Positions 18,590 to 26,638 of a stretch of DNA of 53,696 bases are shown piece by piece. Made by a program: the position numbers and the translations under genes. The number at the start of each line of letters is the position of its first letter. Within the stretch, counting starts at the first letter, position 1. Source of the stretch: a virus (taxonomy: Duplodnaviria > Caudoviricetes); IMG/VR virus record IMGVR_UViG_3300025450_000802, positions 1-53,696 of that record. One strand, given 5' to 3'. The notes beneath the pieces were generated by a model. It searched no databases and had not been told where the DNA came from. It saw only the letters and a list, made by a program, of their open reading frames with translations.

Positions 18590-20159
18590 TGATTCCTAAC
18601 TCATCTTTCTTAGTATTCCAACCATGTGCTACTTCATCACTTACATATCCTGACTCAGTTGTAGCAGGATCTCCGCCAAGTTCAGCAATGGTATTAACTT
18701 CGTCACGATAGTTTGATGTAAGAATTTCTTGTTCTGTAGGAACAGGAACATCAATGCTATCTAACCATTCTACATATTCTTGTGGGAAAGTTTTACGAAA
18801 GTCTTTACCACGGCGAACATCATATTGCAAGTAGAAATTTTTAAAATCATTCCATAATTGAGGTTGTTCGCTTGTATTACGATGTGGGGTTTTAATAACG
18901 TCAAGATAATCAACTAAACGTTGTACGTGTGCGATTTCCATGTCAGTAAACAATTGTACGCCATGTTTATCTTTTTCATTACGTGCAACTACATTATTAA
19001 GCCATTTCTCAATCTTTTCTTTATACATAGTTTTAATATGTTCGGGAAGAATAGCTGGACTTTGAAAGCTAGGGAAACGCAATAGATTTAATGTCATTGT
19101 AGGATAACGTGCGCCATATTTGCGTTTAATCTCAATCATTTCATCCATGAACTCTGTAATGCTTGCTAAACACAAACCATTAATAGTCATCATAATATGC
19201 AATGCTTTTAAATTACCTTCATTGATAATACGATGAATGTTTTGTTTCCATTGATCATAAATCATACCGTCACGAATATAATCAGCTTGTATGCCTAATG
19301 CTTCCTGACTAGTGTAAATTTCAAAGTCTGGTACATAGTGACTCATTTCGATAAGTTTATCCATTAATGCTTTTTTAGGCACTAAATTGCTATTCATAGC
19401 ATAGCGCAAACGTTTGGCTTTATCTGGATTTTCTTTAAACCAATTAAATAGTTTCCAAACGCCAGCAGCCATTAATGGTTCTCCACCTGTAATGCGTATT
19501 TCTTCTAAGTTGTCTTGTAGACCTTCTTCCCACCAACGCCAAAAAGCACGTATATAAGGATTTTCATCATCATTGTCATAACCCTTAGCCCATGGTGCGG
19601 TATCAACAAAGTGACCACGACCATCGCTTTGAATATTTCTATAAGGGCCGAACTTCTTAATATCTTTTACCCATGTAGTTGAGAATGCAGGATTACAATA
19701 ACTACAAGCAAAGTTACAAGTACGGTCAAAGCTAATCTCTAATGTTCTTAACATTACGTTAGCTTCCCAAGGCATCTTAGCTGCTGCTATAAGATCAGAA
19801 TCACGAAAGATTTCAGTTTTATAAACACGATCACTGATATTTTCACGACCAATATCTTCTACTTTCCAACAGTATTCACATTCATTAGGACGATCACCTT
19901 CTTGCATATACTTGCGCATAAGCTTTTTGTGTTGAGTATTGTGAATAGCACTTGGATTTGCTTCTAATTCACTTGCATCAATATAATGTCCAGGTGGATG
20001 GTGACAACTAGCAGTTTGTCCATGTCCTAACCAAATCGTAGCATTGTACCATTTAGCTCCACAAAAAGTTTCACTAATGGGATCAATAACTCTTATCTTG
20101 TAATCTTTAAATCCTTCGCCGGGTTTTCTAGCCATATATTTCTCACTGTTTAATTGCAA
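18582..20159 (-). CDS. N-terminal-twitch radical SAM protein (6 of 7, CxAKW/SCHHP subtype)
   Basis: FCGAKW..SCHHP..CEYCW; CNFACSYC; TGGEP. Confidence 0.92.
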   Translation of the reverse strand: MQLNSEKYMARKPGEGFKDYKIRVIDPISETFCGAKWYNATIWLGHGQTASCHHPPGHYIDASELEANPSAIHNTQHKKLMRKYMQEGDRPNECEYCWKVEDIGRENISDRVYKTEIFRDSDLIAAAKMPWEANVMLRTLEISFDRTCNFACSYCNPAFSTTWVKDIKKFGPYRNIQSDGRGHFVDTAPWAKGYDNDDENPYIRAFWRWWEEGLQDNLEEIRITGGEPLMAAGVWKLFNWFKENPDKAKRLRYAMNSNLVPKKALMDKLIEMSHYVPDFEIYTSQEALGIQADYIRDGMIYDQWKQNIHRIINEGNLKALHIMMTINGLCLASITEFMDEMIEIKRKYGARYPTMTLNLLRFPSFQSPAILPEHIKTMYKEKIEKWLNNVVARNEKDKHGVQLFTDMEIAHVQRLVDYLDVIKTPHRNTSEQPQLWNDFKNFYLQYDVRRGKDFRKTFPQEYVEWLDSIDVPVPTEQEILTSNYRDEVNTIAELGGDPATTESGYVSDEVAHGWNTKKDELGINE

Positions 20160-21783
20160 TGTTCATACATTCTTTGTAATACTGTTGCATTTCGGGGAAT
20201 GTATCATTAAATTTAGTACCACGTCTACGATCATACTCTTTAATAAACAAATAAAAATTCATTTTATTAGTAAGTTGCTGATCTACTGGTAATTCTTGTT
20301 TCATTATAGCAAGATCACGTTTTAATTTAAGAATTTCATAAGGCTTAAATCCCTCAAAAGTCTCAAGATAATCGTCACCTTGTACGTTTTCCTCCATATA
20401 CTTTAACACACGTTCTACGTATTTAATACCCCACTCACCTGCATTTTGTACACTAAACCAAGGTGGGTAACGTAATAATGGGATATCAAACCAAATACGT
20501 TGAAAGGGTTTATCATTTGCTTGTGCGCGTCCACCAAATTCTTTACGTAGTTCAAGAATCATTTCCATAAACTTCTTTAAACTAGGTATGCTCATAATAT
20601 TAAATGTATTAATAAAACTCACACTAGTTAATTTAGTTTCACGTAAGAATGTGCGAACATTTTGTAATAAACGATCAAAATCTAATCCAGTACGCATGTA
20701 TTCAGCTTGCTCACCAAATCCATCTAAACTTACAAACAACATAAAGTGCTTGTAAGCCTTGTCATTATAATTATATATGTAAGTAAAACTATTATCGTCA
20801 GTTTCTAAACATTGCCCAACTTTAGGAAATGTTTGTTTAATTTCACTACGTTCAATGCTAGGCAATGAACTGTTGTGATATTTTTTCATGTCACTGCCAA
20901 TAATATAGTTTTGCCATGTTTGCCAAGGCGTGCCGTCTTTTGGATCAGGTACATAACATTCTGTTGAATACTGTACATTGTCTAAACGTTTGACCTTTTC
21001 AATAAACTTATCAAATAGTTTTTGATCGGGTGGGCACATATTACTAGTAATGCTAAGTTCTAATTCTTTATGTGGGTGTTCATAGACATAATCTAATACT
21101 TTAAAAGTATTAACGTCCATTAATGGTTCACCACCTGTCATACGGAAAACGCGCAAGTCATAATAAACATTAGGCCACCATTGCCAAAATGCCTGTAGAT
21201 AAGGATTATCTTTTGTAGAAACTTTTAATGGCATCATGCCGCGCTTTTCTAATGATTCAATATGATTGTGCTCCATATTAGAAAGTTTATATGGACCATG
21301 TTTTTCAATCTCATCTTGCCAAGTAGTACTTAAATGCGGACTACAATACATACATTTAAAATTACAGGCTTGATTAAAATTTACTTCTACATATCTCGGT
21401 GTAACGTCATAATCAAAACTATTGTTAGTAACTTCATCAAATGTAGGAGCAGCCCACCATTCGCTACTACGATAATGACGATCACTTAAATGATTGCCCT
21501 CAGCATCTTCAATTTTCCAACAATAACTACATCCTTCAGGACGTGTGCCTTCTAGCATCTGTTTGCGTTCATACATTTTAAATTTTGTATTATGTAATGC
21601 TGATGGATTATCTGTTAATTCTTCTAATGGAATTTTATGAGTGGGCGGATGATAACAGCTTTGTGTTAATCCACTTGGTAAATGTAAACTTACTTGTGTC
21701 CATTTAGCCAAACACATAGAGGGGCTGACCTTATTTAAACGGTCGCGCATATCTCTTGCTGATTGATCGTATTCTCCGCTCAT
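20143..21783 (-). CDS. N-terminal-twitch radical SAM protein (7 of 7, CxAKW/SCYHP subtype)
   Basis: MCLAKW..SCYHP..CSYCW; CNFKCMYC; TGGEP. Confidence 0.92.
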   Translation of the reverse strand: MSGEYDQSARDMRDRLNKVSPSMCLAKWTQVSLHLPSGLTQSCYHPPTHKIPLEELTDNPSALHNTKFKMYERKQMLEGTRPEGCSYCWKIEDAEGNHLSDRHYRSSEWWAAPTFDEVTNNSFDYDVTPRYVEVNFNQACNFKCMYCSPHLSTTWQDEIEKHGPYKLSNMEHNHIESLEKRGMMPLKVSTKDNPYLQAFWQWWPNVYYDLRVFRMTGGEPLMDVNTFKVLDYVYEHPHKELELSITSNMCPPDQKLFDKFIEKVKRLDNVQYSTECYVPDPKDGTPWQTWQNYIIGSDMKKYHNSSLPSIERSEIKQTFPKVGQCLETDDNSFTYIYNYNDKAYKHFMLFVSLDGFGEQAEYMRTGLDFDRLLQNVRTFLRETKLTSVSFINTFNIMSIPSLKKFMEMILELRKEFGGRAQANDKPFQRIWFDIPLLRYPPWFSVQNAGEWGIKYVERVLKYMEENVQGDDYLETFEGFKPYEILKLKRDLAIMKQELPVDQQLTNKMNFYLFIKEYDRRRGTKFNDTFPEMQQYYKECMNIAIKQ

Positions 21784-22736
21784 TACCAGCCTTCAATCCT
21801 GCGAATAACATCCATTTCAGTTACTAACGGACCTAAGTTATGTTTATCTGCATTGTAATGACGTTTAAAAAACTTACTTTGTTCTGGGCTAAGTGTACAG
21901 ATCGGCAATCCCAATTTGTCTTTAAGTATTTCACCGATATCATCTATTTTGTGTGCTGGGTCCATGTCACCATATTCTTTCCACAATTGTATATAGTTAT
22001 CAAACCATTGAACATTGTGTGCGTTCCAGTCTGTGAGCATTGTTAGATATGTGCCTAATCTAGCACCATATATTGCCCACATGCCATTTTCAACATCTGC
22101 ACCTACATTATGCCAAATTGTAAGGTTGTTTAGATTGCGACTGGCAACTGATTCTTTGAATTCGTCTACTGTTGGTACTGCACCGCGAACTAAACACATT
22201 TTGACACCTTCACGAAAACCTGCACGCCATGCTTGAAATGATGTATAATTAGGGTATGTTGTGCTATAACAATCATGCATAGCCCAATACAAATTATCTT
22301 TGCTATCTAAACAAAAGTCAGCAATACGTGAAACATCGCCTTCAGTTTGATTTTCGTGTGTTTTCATATTAGCAACATAAGTCTTTGTCCAACTACTCAT
22401 TCCGCCGTTTCCATAACGTAGTCCGTTAATAGCGTTAACTGCCTTCCAACGAAACTGTGCTTGTTTAAATGAAGGATCTTTATCTGTAAAATCTAATTGT
22501 ATATTAAAGAATTCTTCATTAGGCATATTATCGCCATCGATAAGAATAAAACGTTCTGTATCACTTGCTTCACCTGCGGCTTTGTGTGCGGCATCACTGC
22601 CCTTGACACCATCAACACGTTTTGCCCAAGGCACTATGTTTTTGATCTTAAGCCAAAATTCTTCTTTTTGTGGTTCGTCATAACTTAGATATATGCAATC
22701 CAAATCGGCTACGTCAATAATATTATCAGTACTCAT
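21783..22736 (-). CDS. Putative GT-A-fold glycosyltransferase
   Basis: IYLSYDEP, GVKGSDAAHKAA and a hydrophobic strand plus DxD (FILIDGD). Confidence 0.6.
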   Translation of the reverse strand: MSTDNIIDVADLDCIYLSYDEPQKEEFWLKIKNIVPWAKRVDGVKGSDAAHKAAGEASDTERFILIDGDNMPNEEFFNIQLDFTDKDPSFKQAQFRWKAVNAINGLRYGNGGMSSWTKTYVANMKTHENQTEGDVSRIADFCLDSKDNLYWAMHDCYSTTYPNYTSFQAWRAGFREGVKMCLVRGAVPTVDEFKESVASRNLNNLTIWHNVGADVENGMWAIYGARLGTYLTMLTDWNAHNVQWFDNYIQLWKEYGDMDPAHKIDDIGEILKDKLGLPICTLSPEQSKFFKRHYNADKHNLGPLVTEMDVIRRIEGW

Positions 22737-23073
22737 TTGTAATTAAGTTCCATTTTTGAGTTTCTACGTCTACGTTTGGTTCTACAATAATGCTCATATC
22801 TTCAACGTGACAATCTATTCCCTCTGAGTCGTGCGGTTGTAGTTTAGAAATAACTAAATGCGATGCTACAGTTGATAATTTACCGTTGACTACCCTAACG
22901 TCAGGTCTACCAATAGCAAAAGTCTGTGCATCAATTACAATATAGTTACCTTCTAACTTCTCACAAGTATAACATATTACTTTGCCTTTGTCATCATAAT
23001 ATAGTCTAAATTCGGGAGGAATAATTTTTGGAGCTTCGTATAGTATAACAGTGTCATTATTTTCTTGTTCCAT
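22726..23073 (-). CDS. Hypothetical protein
   Basis: 115-aa ORF with AGGAG SD, coupled within the operon. Confidence 0.8.
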   Translation of the reverse strand: MEQENNDTVILYEAPKIIPPEFRLYYDDKGKVICYTCEKLEGNYIVIDAQTFAIGRPDVRVVNGKLSTVASHLVISKLQPHDSEGIDCHVEDMSIIVEPNVDVETQKWNLITNEY

Positions 23074-23074
23074 A

Positions 23075-23872
23075 TTATACTCCTAATTTGTCAGCAAATG
23101 ATTTTATATGATAATGAAAGGGATATTGTTGTGGATAAGTATTTACTCGCAATGTATGTGGTAAAATCTCATAAGCTAAAATATCTGTCCAGTTTTCAGT
23201 TGGTAATCCATTTACCCATTGTTTCATATGTATCATGCTCATTTCTTTAAATTGAGGTAATGTTGTGTTTTCTACACCTAATACATGGCACGCAATAGCA
23301 TATGCCCAATCAGTCGTGACCTCTTCGTCTGGGTTACATTTTAAGCTAGCTTTCCATTCTTTCCAATTTTCAAATACATTTTTAACTATCTCAAAAAATT
23401 GTTTTGCCATATCAGATTTTTTAAAGTATGTAATAGCATTATAACAATCTGGTAATTTATTATCATCAATAAATTTACGATATGTTCTGGCATCTGAAAT
23501 GTTTTGTTTAAAATCTCTAATAGTAGTTGACACTACTATATCTCTTTCATATAATATATCCCACCAATACTCAATAGACTTAGGCAAATACATATCTGCT
23601 TCTAATTTAATAGTATATTCATATGGACTTGCTTCATAAACTTGCCAATCATTAATAAGTTTCCAATCACTATCTGGAGCAAGATCACCGTGAGGCAATT
23701 CAATCTCATAATCAAACACAGACCAATCACATCTGTTGTTTGTTATGATAGCTACGCTAGCATCAGGCATGACTTGTTTGATACTCATTGCTAATTTTTC
23801 TGCACAGTCTGTATAGCTTGTACTCTTTGTATTCTGTGCTAGTATTACAAAACCTTTATCCATTAGTTTCAT
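23075..23872 (-). CDS. Putative GT-A (GT8-like) glycosyltransferase
   Basis: SPYEYTIKLEADM (ExD variant), TDWAYAIA and FHYH; paralogous in layout to the next gene. Alternative start MDKGF at 23863. Confidence 0.6.
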   Translation of the reverse strand: MKLMDKGFVILAQNTKSTSYTDCAEKLAMSIKQVMPDASVAIITNNRCDWSVFDYEIELPHGDLAPDSDWKLINDWQVYEASPYEYTIKLEADMYLPKSIEYWWDILYERDIVVSTTIRDFKQNISDARTYRKFIDDNKLPDCYNAITYFKKSDMAKQFFEIVKNVFENWKEWKASLKCNPDEEVTTDWAYAIACHVLGVENTTLPQFKEMSMIHMKQWVNGLPTENWTDILAYEILPHTLRVNTYPQQYPFHYHIKSFADKLGV

Positions 23873-24671
23873 TTATGATCTCCACAAAATTAGCTTTATT
23901 CATTACGTGAAAGTCCATATCTTTTATCGTAATATATTCTTTACGAACTTTAGCACGTTGCCAGTTGTCAAACATTACAGTATACTCAGTATTAAATTTT
24001 TCACTAGAATCCGAGTATACTCTTGTATTTTTACCAACGTGTACTAAATTCCATGGAATAATATCACCCGGTAATATTGTATGTCCATTAACAATACGCA
24101 ATGCCAATGTTAATGCATAATCGTTGCGATACACACCACCCACAAAGTTATGTATATTACCATAATGTTCATAATTCTTTTGAACCATTTCTAAACATTC
24201 AAAAATCTGTTTTGCACGTTTAGTTTTTCTAAAAGCAATTACTGTTGCCCAAAGTGTATTATAGCTATAAACACTAAGCATTTCTTGGGCAGCATTAGGA
24301 TGCATCAAAAAGTTAGTAGTATCATGACAACAAAAATCTTCTGTAACATCAAATGCTTTTAATGTTTTATTACTGTTTACCATGTAGTCAACGTCTAATA
24401 GTAGTGTTTCGTCATAAGGACTTAATTCATATGCTTGATATCTACCCTTATTAATCCAAACACCAAAATCTCTAATATTGTTTTTATCAGGTGTAACTTG
24501 TATTACTTTATCAAATTTATAATCAGGGTCTTTAGGTACAGAATCTTTATCAGTTACAATTGTAACCGGTAAATCCAAAAAGTGATTAATACGTCTAGCA
24601 GTATAAACTGCCATGTCGTAATAATTATAAGCAGGCGAATTGAAGGCAAATAGTATTGCGCCTCGGCTCAT
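23856..24671 (-). CDS. Putative GT-A (GT8-like) glycosyltransferase
   Basis: SPYDETLLLDVDY (DxD), RNDYALTLA and DFHVMNK. Confidence 0.65.
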   Translation of the reverse strand: MSRGAILFAFNSPAYNYYDMAVYTARRINHFLDLPVTIVTDKDSVPKDPDYKFDKVIQVTPDKNNIRDFGVWINKGRYQAYELSPYDETLLLDVDYMVNSNKTLKAFDVTEDFCCHDTTNFLMHPNAAQEMLSVYSYNTLWATVIAFRKTKRAKQIFECLEMVQKNYEHYGNIHNFVGGVYRNDYALTLALRIVNGHTILPGDIIPWNLVHVGKNTRVYSDSSEKFNTEYTVMFDNWQRAKVRKEYITIKDMDFHVMNKANFVEIINETNG

Positions 24672-24973
24672 CTTTTAGCCTCTAATTCTTTCCATTCTGT
24701 AAGCCATTGTGACATAACATCAGTATAAACATCTTTTAATCTAGTTAAAAGTTCAACACGATCTACTTCTACTGGGTTATCAAAGGTGTCGATTAGTATT
24801 ACTTTATCTGTTGTAAATAAAGTTAAAAGATTAATAGTATTACTGTCTGCTCTCCAAAGTCCTCCTTGTTCGGCAACAAGAAGTTTATTATTATATTTTT
24901 CTTTGAGATATGATTTGGCTGAGTTATGATTAAATCTAGCCTTGGCTTCGGTAATTAAAGTTTTAGTATCCAT
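24668..24973 (-). CDS. Hypothetical protein, first gene of the GT/radical SAM operon
   Basis: 101-aa ORF with AGGAG SD and an upstream CTAAATA box. Confidence 0.8.
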   Translation of the reverse strand: MDTKTLITEAKARFNHNSAKSYLKEKYNNKLLVAEQGGLWRADSNTINLLTLFTTDKVILIDTFDNPVEVDRVELLTRLKDVYTDVMSQWLTEWKELEAKR

Positions 24974-24988
24974 GTGTACTCCTACTTC

Positions 24989-24995
24989 TATTTAG
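24989..24995 (-). promoter_or_regulatory. Late-promoter-like CTAAATA box
   Basis: TAAATA core in the short intergenic gap, 15 nt before ATG 24973. Confidence 0.55.
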
Positions 24996-25004
24996 CCAGG
25001 ACAT

Positions 25005-25592
25005 TCATGTTGTCTTTTTTTTGCATTTATCCCCGTGATATTTGGCAAACGGACCAGCACTCACTGTTTTATCGCAGTGCGGACAAGTTTTTATAACTTG
25101 TGAAGAATGTTTGCCGGCACTTAGCATTTTTTGATTAACTGATGCGCCTAGGAATGGACTAGTTCCGTTCTTTGCTCGGTCTAATGCTAGACTTGTCCCG
25201 TCTGCTCTTTTTAAGAAATGATGTGTTCCGGATATTACCTTGTCAGTTGCTTGACTTGTTCCGTCAGGTCGGCGCTGCCATGGATGTGAGCCGTTCTTTA
25301 CTCTATCAAGTTGCACTGCTTTAGATAATTTTGAAATTTCTTCCGGGCTTTTATTCATGCGCTGTATAGCCATAAGGTAACAGGCATAATAATCTCCTTG
25401 AGCATAATGAATATCATAATGCTCTTGAATAGTAACTGCTTTTAGATTAGATGGATGATTATTAGAATGATCTCCGTCTATATGATGAATGTCATAAGAC
25501 CGACCGTCGCTGTCTTTTGGAATATGACCAAAGTAATCTTCATATATCTTTCGGAATACGTGACCGGGTGTGCGTGATGAATAAATATTCAT
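25005..25592 (-). CDS. Free-standing HNH homing endonuclease
   Basis: YDIHHIDGDHSNNHPSNLKAVTIQEHYDIH, repeated NG(S/T)H..DGTS modules and a C-terminal CPHC...HGDKC zinc knuckle. Start MNIYS at 25592 follows AAGGAG (track start 25613). Confidence 0.9.
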   Translation of the reverse strand: MNIYSSRTPGHVFRKIYEDYFGHIPKDSDGRSYDIHHIDGDHSNNHPSNLKAVTIQEHYDIHYAQGDYYACYLMAIQRMNKSPEEISKLSKAVQLDRVKNGSHPWQRRPDGTSQATDKVISGTHHFLKRADGTSLALDRAKNGTSPFLGASVNQKMLSAGKHSSQVIKTCPHCDKTVSAGPFAKYHGDKCKKKTT

Positions 25593-25663
25593 GCTGATGC
25601 TCCTTCTTAGCATTAGAGTGAGTGGGGATTGCAGTCCCGCGACTCACACTTATTTATTCATCA
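25575..25663 (-). promoter_or_regulatory. Structured HNH leader: late box, two hairpins and a 13-bp inverted repeat
   Basis: TGATGAATAAATA (25575-25587) and TATTTATTCATCA (25651-25663) are perfect complements; inner stems GTGAGT/ACTCAC with GGGA/TCCC, and ATGCT/AGCAT around the SD. Confidence 0.7.
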
Positions 25664-25672
25664 TAACAAAAA

Positions 25673-26626
25673 TTATGAACCAGTTACTGATCCAGCTAAT
25701 GTAATTGCGCCCCAAGTATTTGATATATTTGTTGATTCAGGAGGTCTTGCTGTTAATGTTGTAGCAGTGCCACTACTTGCTGTTAACCCAGTTGGGATTT
25801 CTGTCCATAAACAGTAGATTGTAATAATGCTACCTGCGTCTCCGTTAGAGCCTTGTGTACCGTTACTCTTTACCAAAAACTTAATGTTTGTGCTTAAGTA
25901 ACCACTTGGGCCTGTGCTTGCTGATTGTTGGAAAACGTTTGCGTTACTTGTTGTTAGTGCGAAGTAACCGTTGTTTGTTAAGTATGGGCTAGGAGCATTA
26001 CCGCCACCGCCTACTTTTGTAATACCTGAATAGCTTGTGCTACTAATTGTTACTGTACCTGAAGTAGGTGCTGACATAACAACTGTACCAACGTTACTTG
26101 CTAAGTTGTTTAACAATAAGTTAATACCTGTACCAGTTGGGTGTGAAACAGTCATTGCTAACTGTCCACCTGAGTTAAAGAAGTAACGTGCTGCGTCGCC
26201 GTTAGCAAATGTAGCAGTAAATGTAAATGTTAACGCACTGCTCCATGTGCTACCAAATGTTGCTGTATTACTAGTTGTTGATCCTTGTGATGCAGCGTTC
26301 AATCTACTGTTATAAATTGTTGTTAAGTTAGTTGGGATAGCTGAGTTATATGTAATAGTATTACCTGTTGATGGAGCAGTTACAGCAGTAATTGATGTAC
26401 CTTGGTGTGTAGCTGCGTTAGCTGTGTTGTTAATTAAGTTTGCCCAATTCGTAGCTGCTACTGTTGCACCTACGCTTACTTGAGAAACTGCTGTTTGACC
26501 ATATCCTGCGCTAGTTCCACCTGTTGACCATACTGTATTAAGTGTACCTGATGTAGTGTTGGGGTTGGTTCCCACTAATCCGTTATAGTCTGCTGCTAAT
26601 ATTGTACTACCTTGTGCGTATGTCAT
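25673..26626 (-). CDS. Putative virion structural protein, Ser/Thr/Gly-rich
   Basis: About 31% Ser+Thr by hand count, 11 charged residues, ARYFFNSGG motif; located in the tail module. Confidence 0.65.
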   Translation of the reverse strand: MTYAQGSTILAADYNGLVGTNPNTTSGTLNTVWSTGGTSAGYGQTAVSQVSVGATVAATNWANLINNTANAATHQGTSITAVTAPSTGNTITYNSAIPTNLTTIYNSRLNAASQGSTTSNTATFGSTWSSALTFTFTATFANGDAARYFFNSGGQLAMTVSHPTGTGINLLLNNLASNVGTVVMSAPTSGTVTISSTSYSGITKVGGGGNAPSPYLTNNGYFALTTSNANVFQQSASTGPSGYLSTNIKFLVKSNGTQGSNGDAGSIITIYCLWTEIPTGLTASSGTATTLTARPPESTNISNTWGAITLAGSVTGS

Positions 26627-26638
26627 TTTATAACCCTA

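Noticed and set aside
20760-20980. Intein in the 546-aa radical SAM
   Set aside because: Insert is too short and lacks the C/S...HN-C/S/T splice motifs.
9739-21783. Classical RiPP (ranthipeptide/sactipeptide) cluster
   Set aside because: No RRE/PqqD domain, peptidase, exporter or Cys-rich precursor is evident, and the auxiliary domain is N-terminal. Not strictly excluded.
25593-25650. tRNA, terminator or MITE at the GC-rich hairpin
   Set aside because: No cloverleaf, no clean U-tract and no target-site duplication; better explained as the HNH leader.
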